Of a DNA stretch of 64,000 nucleotides, positions 23,701-35,500 are shown one piece after another. The position numbers and the translations under genes were made by a program. Within the stretch, counting starts at the first letter, position 1. Every line of letters starts with the position of its first letter. The DNA comes from Paraspadella gotoi (taxonomy: Eukaryota; Animalia; Chaetognatha): NCBI GenBank assembly GCA_051294375.1, contig CM119267.1, positions 25,621,293-25,685,292 on the forward strand, written 5' to 3'. The notes under the pieces were generated by a model. That model saw nothing but the letters and a program-made list of their open reading frames with translations. It was not told where the DNA came from and did no database searches.

Positions 23701-26608
23701 ATTCAAGTTAATTAATTAGGCAATTTATAATCAATTTGATCCCAAATGTTTGTTTTTAGGTCTTTTCGTCACTAACCATGGGCAGTGATTTCTATCGAGG
23801 AATTTAGCAAAAAAACCACTTTTTTCAATATTGTTAGAATATTACCAACAAAAATGACTAAATTTTAACTCTAAGACAAAGTTGGCTAGACTACAGATTA
23901 ATTGAAATCATCTGCTGTATTTTCTAATCAAGAATCAATATCATTTTTGCTATTTTTAATTAAAAAAATTATGTCCATTTTTGTCCATTTTTTATTCCGG
24001 CTTTTGGGTCCTTATCTTCTTTACCACTGAGTTGGTTCATTTGCCGTTAGTCATCTATTGTTTGCCTATGAATTAATTTTTAAATAGACTAGTCAAAAAC
24101 TTATATTTTTACATTTTATTACAATTTGTTAAACGAAAATACTTCAAAATGTCTACAATTCTAATCAAATATTCCCTATTGTTGGTGCTTCTGGTACCTG
24201 AAAAATTAGGGCAAAAAATGTAATAGTTTTGCTGCATTTGTATTTGATATAAAAGGAAAAATAAGCCTAATCAATTAGTGAAACAGGTTTTTTGTTTTTT
24301 CCATTTAAACTCATTTCCACTAAGACGATTCCATCGAAACTTGATTTCCAGCTTAATCACACACTTTCCTACCCACATACCAAATTCAAGGTCAATCGCC
24401 CTATCCACTCATGATCAATTGGTGTTCAAATAGTGAAATATATTTTTTTGTTTTTTCCATTTAAACTCATTTCCACACGGACGATTCCAACAAAACTTCA
24501 TATTCAGCTCAATCATACACTTCCCTACCCACACACAAAATTTCATTCAAATCCATCCTTCCAATCACAAGTAATTGGTATTTTTTGCTAAGGTGGGACG
24601 GATGGACGGACAGACGGACGGACGGACATCGTTTTTTTTGCATAATTTATAATATAAGAAGACTCGTATGTGAGTCGAAACATGTCCGTTTCACTATGAA
24701 ATAAAAATCGTTGTTAAATCTCTCTTCAAACTTTGTTCATAATTTATCATAATTCGATGTTCTGACATGATATAAGTGTGTTCCCGACAATATTGAGGGG
24801 GCGGACCGACGGACCGACAAAGTGAATTAGAGAGTCGGGATCTGCTGATAAGCAGATCCGACTAAATTTTTTTTTTTCAGTTGCTGCATCTTCTACATGG
24901 TGACAATTTTACAAGCGCTGGTAGAAATATGCTGTCATTTGCAAACCAGTGGTTATTTCATTGATTTTAAAAATTAGTTGAGTAGAAAATACTAAAACTA
25001 TTTATGTATTAAAATTTTATATTGATCAGTTAAGATATGCCTTGACAATGAGTGGAGAAAGTTGGCTTGTCAAATTGGGTTTCATTTTTCAACTCGCTGT
25101 TTTTAATTTTTTTTTTTCAACTTTTAGCACTTTTTTAAACAAAGTATTTATTAAAATATTAACAATATTAATATCCTCAGAAAGCCCTTAAAAATATGAA
25201 GAGATTGATATACTTACAAAAGCTCTAACATAAAAAGTAAGCTGCCCAGCCTTGGTTCAATTAAGAGTGTCAAAAATGAATTATTTTCAATTTTAAATCT
25301 TTTTTCAAAATATATGACCTGTTTAAATTATTATAACAAAAAATATTATTATTTATATAAGTATCATGAAAGAGCCTGAGAAAAAAAGATTTAAGATAGC
25401 CAATCACAATTTGATAAAAATTATAAATTTACTCTCCAGCTATTGATTTTTAAAAAGATGTCTCGTTTTTGAATATCCTAATTAAATTAAAGCTGGGCCA
25501 GTTAAATTTTATACTACAGTATTCATAAGTATATAATTCTCTTCATATTTTTAAGGGCTTTCTGAAGATATTAATATTGTTAATATTTTAATAAATACTT
25601 TGTTTAAAAAAGTGCTATAAGTTCCCCAAAAAAATTAAATTTAAAAACAGTGAGTTGGAAAATGAAACCCGATTTGACAAGCCAACTTTCTCCACTCATT
25701 GTCAAGGCATATCGTAACTGATCAATATAAAATTTTAACACATAAATAGTTTTAGTATTTTCTACTCAACTAAATTTTAAAATCAATGAAATAACCACAG
25801 GTTTGAAAATGACAGCGTATTTCTACCGGCGCTTGTAAAATTGTCACCATGTAAAAAACGCGGTTGAGCTGAAAGTTACGTGTCTCTCTCTCTTTCTAAG
25901 CTTTTAAGATTTTTTACTTAGCCTTTTTCCCCTTTATCCAGCGGACCTGAAATCTTCCGCCATCATTCTCTCTTCGGCGCGTCTCTCTACAACATCGGGC
26001 GGGCGATTCACTTCGTGCGAGTCGAGTTCGACTTAAACGAGGATCGCATCGACGACTGCTACTTGGAAGCGGTCGCCGCTCGCGTCGCCCGCGGTCGCGT
26101 CTCCCGCGAGTACAACCTCGTCTCTAGATTTTCGCTCGGCCGTCTCGCGGAGATTTTGGACACGACTAGTGATTCGTTGCAGGACGAAGCCAACGTTTGG
26201 ACGAGAGGAAAGTTTAATAAATTCCTTAACTCCGCCGTAGTTTGCTTGGAGGAGAAGAAAAAGGAGGAGAATGACAATAACGAGGATGACGGATTGGAAG
26301 TGAGAGAGTCCCCTGTCGTAGGAAAACGTTGTATGTCGAGACGAGACGACTACGACCTCCACCCCTGGGCGACGATCGAGGACAACGTGAATCTTTTGAC
26401 TCAATCGGGATTTTCCAAAATTTCAATTCGAAAATGTTTGTTTTGTCTTCTTTTTCCAACGGAATCCGTTCGGGCGGCGATATTTGAGGTCGGCGATAAC
26501 TCGGACCGAACGATGTCGATTCGTGAGCAAATTCGGAGACTCAACTTGATCGGTTATCGGTTGGAGAGGAAGCAAGGGTCGTGGAAATCCCTCTCGCAAA
26601 GCCAATAA
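10259..26608 (+). CDS. mTERF-family (mTERF5/mTTF-like) mitochondrial protein; exons 10259-10312, 12766-12919, 12985-13061, 13126-13659, 18083-18285, 25942-26608
   Basis: Phase-consistent GT-AG splicing gives a continuous ORF with a presequence-like N-terminus (MLFSKSV...RRFS) and mTERF-like repeats (ISHLMELGITKDRLIEAPSIL; IQEVIRFLKDSGFS; NVNLLTQSGFSKISIRKCLFCLLFP...LNLIGYRLER). First exon and family assignment are less certain. Confidence 0.62.
12525..12712 (+). mobile_element. tRNA-derived SINE with a twister-ribozyme body
   Basis: Head GCGGCCA...TGGTCGC (acceptor-stem pairing) with A-box-like TGGTG, B-box-like GGTTCTAGCCC and a Gly-like TCGCCTCCCA arm; short simple-repeat tail. Confidence 0.65.
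12597..12670 (+). ncRNA. Twister ribozyme, type-P5, in SINE body; predicted cleavage 12620/12621
   Basis: P5 GCAGTT/GACTGC; P2 GAGG/CC-C; GA; T1 CGG/CTG; mini-P1 GGCGCT; U^AA; GC; P3 CTGTAAC/GTTACAG; P4 CCTGA-TCTGAAGC-TCAGG. Confidence 0.75.
14790..16037. mobile_element. Second copy of the CCATGATGG-TIR MITE
   Basis: TA|CCATGAAGGAAAA...TTTTCCATCATGG|TA; body matches 3077-3330 plus ~5910-6588. Confidence 0.75.
15136..15450. mobile_element. 315-bp foldback MITE (near-perfect palindrome), 4-bp TSD ATTC
   Basis: ~150-bp arms CATCAACGG.../...CCGTTGATG; empty site visible in the paralogous host copy at ~6011-6032. Confidence 0.85.
17887..17929 (-). ncRNA. Degenerate Penelope-type hammerhead
   Basis: Minus strand ACG-CTGATGA-AAGC...CC-GAAAC-ATCTA-CGT; stem II and the cleavage triplet have decayed. 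Confidence 0.5.
19584..20324. mobile_element. hAT-like MITE fragment nested in HINE-B
   Basis: Begins CAGGGTTGGCA with AAAAAACCCA subterminal motifs; interrupts the HINE-B sequence TCGTGATT...; the other end is truncated. Confidence 0.5.
20631..23011 (-). mobile_element. Penelope-like element, 5'-truncated: RT (22957-22400) frameshifted into GIY-YIG endonuclease (to ~21600), 3' UTR with hammerhead
   Basis: RT motifs TSMFTNIP, GLGMGKSAS, YRKADDT, IPMLDV; GIY-YIG AIYWAAC...YVGETGKSLTDRFKQH...SAIAEH...REAIYI...LNRDGG; flanking 13-bp duplication GTTATCTATTATT (20618-20630, 23012-23024). Confidence 0.92.
20676..20721 (-). ncRNA. Intact minimal type I hammerhead ribozyme of the Penelope element
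   Basis: AGCA-CTGATGA-A-GGCTC-taactgact-GAGCC-GAAAC-AT-GTC-TGGCT: canonical core, 5-bp stem II, palindromic ACATGT stem III. Confidence 0.85.
24656..24692 (+). ncRNA. 5'-truncated Penelope-type hammerhead plus tail
   Basis: AAGAA-GACTC-gtatgt-GAGTC-GAAAC-ATGTC followed by the family tail motif AAAAATCGTTG. Confidence 0.5.
24896..25851. mobile_element. TA-flanked MITE with ~310-bp TIRs (Tc1/mariner-like)
   Basis: TA|CATGGTGACAATTTTACAAGCGC... / ...GCGCTTGTAAAATTGTCACCATG|TA; arms ~24896-25203 and ~25538-25851. Confidence 0.85.
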
Positions 26609-27075
26609 ACACGAATTGTTGACGGGGATAATACGAAAGCGATAAACAAATCAATGGTTTGACCGAAATGATAGAGGATGGACAATTGGACATTCTAAGA
26701 ATTCGACCTTTCAAGGCGTTCATCTTTTGAGTTAAGATTGTTTTTCGGTAGCGACTCTTAAGCTATCGCGTGGCTTGTAATGATTGCAACGTTGCTCAAA
26801 AAATGATAGCAATCGGGAAGTGGCGGCTCACTCGAAATCGATTTATCAACGTTTCAACGAAAACGCCTCTTGCTTTTTTCCAACAGTCAAAAAGTTGATA
26901 AGCTTTGACTTTTTTTGCCTCCTGCATTGCGGAGGGCTAGAGAAAGTTGTTTATCGGAATTGGCCTAAGACGGTCTATTGCTATGTTATTTCCTTTATAT
27001 TTTAAATGTCGAATTAAATACTTATATGTTTATTGAGTTTTAACTTTTATAGTTTTGTTAGTTTTTCTTTAAACA

Positions 27076-28340
27076 ATGCCATGGTTTCGGCTTCCGAGCT
27101 CTTCTGTCCGGAGGTTAATCTCGAATCAATCCCCGATAAGCCTTGCTTCAATGTGCGGAGGTTCCGGCCTCCGTTTTGGATCACAGTTAACTTGCAGAGT
27201 TGTCCAGCGACCTGACGTTAAATTGACGAGACCATTCTCTCTTTCGCCCCTCGCATTTAAGGCGACACCGAAAAAAGACGTGTGAGTTAAGCGTTTATAC
27301 GCATTTTTTTATCAATAGTTTTCTTTCTATTCTATTCTAAATTCCTTTCCTTCAGCTTTTCAAAAGCTTTTACGTGGAGAAGCTTCGCCGTCCTCGTGAT
27401 ATTCGGCTCCGGCTACATTTACCTCTACCAGTCGGTGAAACGAGACAAAGAAGAGAAGGCAGCGGGCGAGCGAGAGAAAGTCATCGGCCAAGCCGCATTG
27501 GGCGGGGACTGGACCCTTTCCCGCCTCGACGGATCCACCGGCGGAAGTCGGGATCTTCGGGGCGAGTTCGCGCTCATTTATTTCGGCTTCACCAATTGTC
27601 CGGGTGAAAAGTTTCTCTCCATTTTGCAGTTATAATAACCAAAAAAGTATCCGTACCAACTCAGTTCTGCTTATTTTATCGTGACTTGATAAAAATTACA
27701 ATGTAATGAAGTTTAATAACCAAGGTTTTATTTTGATTCATTTTTTTTTATAATGAAACAACGCAGACATTTGTCCGGAGGAGATAGAAAAGGCCGTCAA
27801 AGTCGTCGACGTCATCGAAGACCGTCGAAAGAATCACCAAATCTTCAAAGTTTGTCGAAAAGAACGATGGGCGGGGACGGGGACCTTCGTTTATGGTTGT
27901 CGCATCTTTATCCCCAGCGTCTCGTGCCCGTCTTCATCACCATCGATCCCGCGCGCGACTCTGCCGACGTCGTCAAAAATTACGTAGCAGAATTTTCGGC
28001 CAAGATCGTTGGCTTCGTTGGTACCGACGACGAGATAAAAACAGCGTCGAGAAATTTTAGGGTTTATTACAGGTTCGTCGCGACTCGATTTTGTCTGCAA
28101 ATTAAACTCTCCATTTTATTTCTCAATTTTGACGATTTCAGCAAAGGCCCCGTTGACGAAGACGGCGACTACATTGTGGATCACTCGATCATCATGTACC
28201 TCATCGGCCCCGACGGGATGTTCCTCGATTACTACGGCCAAAACCAAAAGGCCGACGACATGATCGCCTCTATCGGCCTCAAGATGGCGCAGTGGGACGC
28301 CAAGGTCAAGAGGGGAGAGTTCGTGCCCCTCGCGACTTAG
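27076..28340 (+). CDS. SCO1: SCO1/SCO2 cytochrome c oxidase copper chaperone; exons 27076-27281, 27356-27603, 27767-27849, 27918-28072, 28142-28340
   Basis: [14 protein letters not shown] (CxxxC), [23 protein letters not shown]; presequence plus TM helix; splice phases consistent. Confidence 0.93.
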
Positions 28341-29589
28341 GAGAAAATGTTTTTTCCTTTTTATCGTCGCAATCTCTTTGCGTTTGCGACGATATTGTAA
28401 CGCTTTTGCGCATAAGTGGCGTCGTCGTCGTTGTCATCATCGGCGTTCCAAATTATAGATCGCCTTTTTTATGATTAAATTTGGGTGTATGAAGCTGAAA
28501 ATTTATATACAGCTTCTCATCGTCGATGTGCTTAAAATTGGGTCAGGACAAGTTATTAAATGTTTTGTTTACGTTTTATCGAAACCAACAAATTTCCTCT
28601 TTTATTTTATGTTTTCTTCTCTCTCTCTTTTCACTTTTAATTATATGAAAATTTGCAAATTACTTGTTTCACTATTTTAATATTTTAATATTTTTATGAA
28701 GGATTTAGTATTTAATTTATATTATTTATTCAAACATATATTGCTTTCTTTTTTATTTTTTTTTTTTTTTTTATCTAATAATTCAATTTGGGAAGGGGAA
28801 GTCAGTCTTGTCTTCTGGAAATAGGTTAGATTACACAAGGTTAGATTACTATCTGTCCTAGTTTTCTAATAGATATCACACATCATTTCTGTTAGAAAGT
28901 CATTAATGAAAAATCATAATATCTAAGAGGCTGAACAGAAAGGGGTGGGAATGGATAATTTTTTGAGGGACCAACGTTATATATGATTTTTTTTACCAAT
29001 AGGGATAAGACTACCATGTAGAATTGTATGTTCTGATAGGGATACATACTGGGGAAAGGTCTATAGGGGCACCTTTATGTCATGAATATAATTTTAAAAT
29101 ACTTTAATAAAAATTTTATTTTTTCTTTATCATATTTTTTAATTATTTCTTTTTTGAATATTTTTTATCTTTTATGTTTATACAATGGGAAGGTCATCAT
29201 ATATATGTAACTCTTTCTCTCTCTTTTCCCCAGTGCTGGAAAAAAAACGAATCTGCAGCTGGCTTTGCAGGGGCTCTTTCTTTTTCTCTCTTTTCTCCTG
29301 CTGCTTCTGCTGCTGACTTTTGAGTCTGCAACTGGCTCTGCAGGGGCTCTCTCTTTTTCTCTCTTTTCTCCTTCTGCTTCTGATTTTTCTTAAGCGATTG
29401 CGACGATCCTTATGCTTTTAAGATTTTTTTTGTGTTGTTCGAACAAAGTTATGAAAACTAGTCGGAATGTGATCGTTCATTTCTGAATTCTTTTTTGTAG
29501 GTTTAACTAAAGTTAAACAAAATTAAAATTCTGCGTTTTAGAGGGAATGACGCGATTCACTACGAAGTTGTTTCGAGTTTTTCGCTAAA

Positions 29590-32500
29590 ATGATTCCCAC
29601 CGTAGTGTCGGGAGTTTCTCACAGCCAGCAAGGCGGCGGCGGCGGCGCGATGTCGGGATCCGCGCAGTTCCAGCAGCATCAGCAACAACAACAAATGCAG
29701 CATTCGCAACCGGGATCGTCCCCTGCTAGTGGCTCCCAGCAGCCGGTGCAAGCGGCAACTCCTTTCAGTCTGCAGGATCACATGAGTCAGGTTGCAATCT
29801 CAGTTTTGTTGTGAATAATTAATATAATGCTATCATAGTGAATAAGATTATTTAATATGATATTTTTGTCGTAGGTGAACACTTTTCGGTCTCTCATCAC
29901 AATTATCGGGGATTCATCGACCACCACCGACGAACAGAAGCTGAAGGCGGCGCAGGAGTTGAGCGAAAACTGGGAGAACATCGTGACCAATCCTCAGTAC
30001 TCGGCTTTGCTCGAGGCTTCGCTTAGAGTTTTCATGAAGATTCTGTTGGTAGGTCGATCCATTTATTGGCGGAAAATATCTTTTTGTTTCTTACTATTTT
30101 TTACGATTTTATTTTTTTTAGGAGGGAGAACCCCAGTTTATTTCCGAGTTCAATTTACAACAATTACGTAAGTTGCTGTTGGAGATTATTTACCGGATGC
30201 CGACCAACGACGCGCTCAAGCCTTACGTCAAACAAATTCTCAGTCTCATGTTTCGGTGTGGTTTCATTTTTTTATTTAGTTTCTCGGTTAGGACTAAAAT
30301 TCATACTTATGTCTTTTATTCTTTACAAAATACAGGCTTCTCGAACTAGAAAATGAAGACAACGTTTTGGTTTGCTTACGCATTATCATCGAGCTGCATA
30401 AACAGTATCGACCTCAAATGAATTCAGAGATTCAAAAGTTTCTTCAATTTGTCAAAAACATTTACAACGATCTCCCGAAACACCTGACCAAGATATTCGA
30501 ACCGCGCCTTCCGATCAAAGTAACAACGGCGACGAGACTCTCTCGGCTTTCAAATTTCACAATTTACTTACTCGTTTGTATTTTTTTCTTTTTTAGGTGA
30601 AAGACATCAGCGAAATTCACTTGAATCTTCTCCTGCAAGAAACTTACACGACGACCTCGATTCATATCGAGAAGAAACCCGGCAACGACGCCAACTTTAA
30701 TCTCATTCCACGCGCAATGCTCTCGCTGAAGGTGCGGACGAACTTTAAAAACAACTTGGTTTCGATTTGTCGTTTTAACTTTTATAATCTCACCTTCGTG
30801 TGTACAGGTTCTCGCGGAACTACCAATCATCGTCGTCTTAATGTATCAATTGTACAAACAAAACGTTCACGCGGAAGTTTCCGAGTTCATTCCCTTAATA
30901 ATGAGCACGATAGGGCTTCAACCAACTCACGCTCAACGATCGTCGCAGGTTGATTTAATTAATAATCTGCTAATTATTATTATTCATCTTCTAATTTGAT
31001 CTTTGATACTTCAGGCGTTTAATAAGGAAGTGTTCGTGGATTTTATCGCGGCTCAAATCAAGACACTTTCTTTTCTCGCGTACATCATCAAGATTTATCA
31101 CGACATCGTCACCAAACATTCTGCCCAAATGGTAGGTAGCGACCAAGAACCAATTCCTTAAAATGATGAAAGGAACGAAGTTACGAAATTGGATCAACCA
31201 ATATAAATATTATTCGTTAATTTAATAAATGATCTATCTTGCTATTATTTCGAAACTTCCGCCGTCCCTCAGGTCCGAGGAATGTTGGGCCTCCTCACTC
31301 TCTGCCCTCACGAAGTAGCTCACTTGCGAAAGGAACTTCTCATCGCCGCCAAGCACATCCTGGCGACGGATCAACGCAACCGCTTCGTGCCCCACATGGA
31401 ACGCCTATTCGACGAGAACGTCCTCGTCGGATCCGGATGGACCACGCAGGAGTCCCTGCGTCCCCTGGCCTACTCCATGCTGGCCGATCTAGTCCACCAC
31501 GTCCGCCAGCATTTACCCCTCAACGATCTGGCGCTGGCGGTGAATCTGTTTTCCAAAAACGTTCATGACGAGTCGCTCCCTTCCTCCATCCAGACCATGT
31601 CCTGCAAACTTCTTCTCAATCTCGTCGAGTGCATCAGACAAAAGGCGGAGGTTGGCGACGCAGGAGGCAGCGGACGCGAACTCCTCATGAGAATGCTCGA
31701 GGTAAATATCTTAACCCTGTCACGAAAGATCATTATCTAATATTGCTTTAATATTCTTTGAATCGGTTTTGAATAATAAAAAGTTGAAAACCTGAAGAGA
31801 CGATTTACAAATTGGTCACAACTACTTAAAAAACGACAGCTTTCCTGTATTTGAAGGATTTGTTTTTTTTTTGTTTTTTTTGAGAGAGAGAGACAGAGAG
31901 AGAGAGATTTAATTTATTTCCAATTAAGTTAATTTTTTTTTTAGGTTTTCGTGCTCAAATTTAAGACGATTGCCAAGTCCCATCTTCCCAGCATTTTAGC
32001 CAAATGCAAATCCAACGCTAAAGAAAATGGAGAGAAGTCGGGAAGGTCATCTTCGCCCTCGCCCGATGGTTATTTTTTTTATTAATTTTTTTAAAAGTAA
32101 CTGAAACCGAAGTGAACTAATGCGTCTCTTTAATTTGCCAGTCAAAGAGGCAGAGGGCGACACTTCAATTTCCTCTTCAGTCGCGGACGCTGTCAAATCG
32201 GAGGGGTCGTCTAATTCCAATTCATCTCAAGACACTTCCAAGTCCGTATCTATTCATCAGCCTCTGGATAAGGACGTCAGCACCGAGGAGAAGCAGAAGC
32301 AGGTGCAGGCGACGCAGATAACGGCCTACTCAGTGACGGACTGCCGCAGCCTCGTGAAGACTCTAGTCTGTGGAGTCAAAACGATCACGTGGGGCATCGC
32401 CTCCTGCAAATCTTCGGCCGGCGGTAGCGGCGACGCCGGCTCAGGACAAAGCAAGCAATTTCACCCTAAAGAGACTGGAGTGTTTGTCCGCTTGGTCAAG

Positions 32501-35500
32501 TACGCCCTCCAAGCGTTGGACATTTATACGGTCAACCTGAGCTCAACGACTGGCCAGCCGACCATCCGTCCGGCGGCCGTGCAATGTGTTCGAACCAAAG
32601 AGGAGAAGGAAGTGCTGGATCACTTTGCCGGCGTCTTCACCATGATGAACCCTCAGACTTTCAAGGAGGTCTTCACCGTTACAATCGAATTCATGGTGGA
32701 ACGAATCTACCACAACTACGCCCTGCAGATTGTGGCCAACTCTTTTTTGGCCAACCTCACAGCCTCGGCCTCCTTCGCCACCATCCTCGTCGAGTATCTA
32801 TTGGCGAGAATGCCCGAAATGGGTACTAACATGGAGCGCTCTAATCTTTATCTTAAACTCTTTAAACTTGTCTTTGGCTCTGTCTCTCTTTTCGCGGCCG
32901 AGAACGAGCAAATGCTCAAGCCTCACCTCCACGCCATCGTCAATAAGTCCATGGAATTGGCGATGACGGCGAAAGAGCCTTTCAACTATTTCCTTCTTCT
33001 GCGCGCACTTTTCCGTTCCATTGGTGGCGGAAGTCACGATCTGCTTTACCAAGAGTTTCTTCCACTTTTGCCCAACTTGTTGCAGGGCCTCAATTGTCTG
33101 CAGAGCAGTCTTCACAAGCAGCACATGAAGGATCTTTTCGTCGAGTTGTGTCTGACGGTTCCAGTGAGGCTGTCTTCCTTATTGCCCTATTTGCCAATGC
33201 TGATGGATCCCCTTGTTTCCGCGCTGAATGGATCTCAGACGTTGGTGTCTCAAGGCCTTCGAACTTTGGAGCTCTGCGTTGACAACCTGCAGCCGGATTT
33301 CCTTTATGAACACATTCAGCCCGTGCGCGCGGAGTTGATGCAGGCGCTTTGGCGGACGCTGCGCAACCCTAACGATAATATCGCTTTCGTCGCCTTCCGC
33401 GTTCTGGGAAAATTCGGCGGCGGAAACCGAAAAATGATGCGCGAGCCGCAGCAGATCGCATTTAATAAATGGACGACGCCGGAACCGAGCGTTCTTATCC
33501 ATTTCCAGGATCGCAACGTGCCCGGAAATTCTCCTGATCCGATCCAATTGCCCGTCGAGAAGGCAGTGGAAGTCGCTCTCGCGGCACTAAAATCATCTTC
33601 CTCTGATCCTTTTGATCGCAATGAGGCCTGGAACGTTATTCGCTGCTTCATCGTCTCCCAGATAAACCTAGACGACTCTCGTTCAAATTTAGAGCAATTG
33701 TTTAAACATCCCTCGTTCCACGAAGGTCCTATCTATTCATTCAGTCCACCCTACGAGTGTCCCGACCCGCACACCCGCCAGGTTCATTTGGATGCGTTGT
33801 CGGGTCTTTTCGTCGCGGCGGCAATTAAGGAATTACGATCTCAGGTCCTGCCGACAATGGCCTCTCTCGTTCGGCACTACACTATGGTGGCCGTGTCTCA
33901 ACAAGCCGGTCTATTCGCTCTCGGCGCCGAGAAAGCCGCCTCAATGTTTTTCATGGATCCCCACGTGATCGTCGACGCTTTGGCGGCTGTCATGGGGCAC
34001 GAGGAAAAGGAACTCTGTAAACCAGGGAACCTCGCGCTCTTCTGGATGTTGGAAACCGCCGTCACTTTGGTGGGATCGAAGCGACGCGCTGCCCAGTTGC
34101 CCCTCTTCGAGTATTTGTCGCAAAGTATGTGCGCGCTATGTTACGACCGGGCCTGGTATGCCAAGCTTGGAGGTTGCCACGCCATTAAGTTCCTCTACGA
34201 AAACATGGCGCCTAAATGGGTATTAGAACGCGCCTTTTCATTCTTGAAGGCGCTTCTCTTCGTCATGATGGATCTGACCGGAGGGGTCTCATCTGGCGCC
34301 CTCGATATGGCTAAGTCCAATCTGAATCAACTCCTCATCCTTATCGCCAAAGAGCCGTTGGTTGAAACCGGGTCTCATAGCGTGGAGGACAAGAATCACC
34401 TTTTAGAGGTCCAACGCAAAGCTCTTTATGAAGTGACTCATGAACTCGTTCGCCAAATCACCTCGCCCAACACTACTGTCAGGGATGAAGCGATGCGCTC
34501 TCTCAAAGTATTGGCCGATAATCAGTCCCCGCCAAAGACGGTGACGGAGGTCATGTCTCCCCACAAAGAGCAGCTGGTCGAAATGGTGCCGCCGAAGAAG
34601 CACCTGCTTCGCCTGCAACCCGTCAGTGCTCAAATCGGCATCATGGAGGGCAACACTTTCTGCAATACTCTGCAGCCCCGCCTCTTTGCCATTGATCCCA
34701 ATGTCAACGAGAGCAAACCTCACGTGATCTTCGTGACGGAGCTGATTACTCTGTGCGACACGGACGACGCCTCCCTGATGAAAGTCCCTTGCTACAAGAC
34801 GGTCACCAACCTGATTCCCTTGCGCAAGTCAGCGCTCAGGGCCCTCGCAGCCTGCCATTACATCCCGCAGCACAGAGAGAAAATCTTTGGAGTTCTTTAC
34901 AAGGCGATCAACTTGAACACGGAACTGCAAGAATTTGCGTTTGAATGCATGAAGAATTTCATCAATGGATGCAACGTGAATTTTGAGCAGGTCGTTGTAT
35001 TTTTGAATGTTTAAAAAAAAGTTATGCTGTGGCGAATCCTAAATTCGCCTCCCGTATAGCTTGGTGAAACACAGCTCGTCCCATTGGCTTGGACAGCTGA
35101 GTACTCATTCACCAACCGTGAGTTCCGGGTTGAATCTCCTCACGGTCACGCTGGTTAAGTGTGCTGGTGTCGGCGTAAACACGCCAGTGACGTGGGGTGG
35201 TCACTGCAGGTCCAAAGCTCTGAGCGCCGGCTGTCGGGAGATGTCTCACACCCGGGGCATCACGCATGTCTCCCTGATGCCATAATGAACCTTTTTAATT
35301 TAAATTATTTTTGTTTAATTTAAATTTTATTTTAATTTTATAAGCTTCGGGTCTGGTTTTGGGAGTATTTTATTCGACCTTAATTTCCCCTCAGGTTCAC
35401 ACGGCCATACGTCCCTTGCTTCAGCTTCTGGGCGATTATCAAAATCTGACCCTCAACGTGATCCAGCGTCTCTCCTACTTGACTCAGCTATTTCCCAACA

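Noticed and set aside
27753-28340. Single-exon 195-aa SCO ORF
   Set aside because: Reads through introns and starts in the wrong frame; the spliced five-exon model restores the CxxxC motif.
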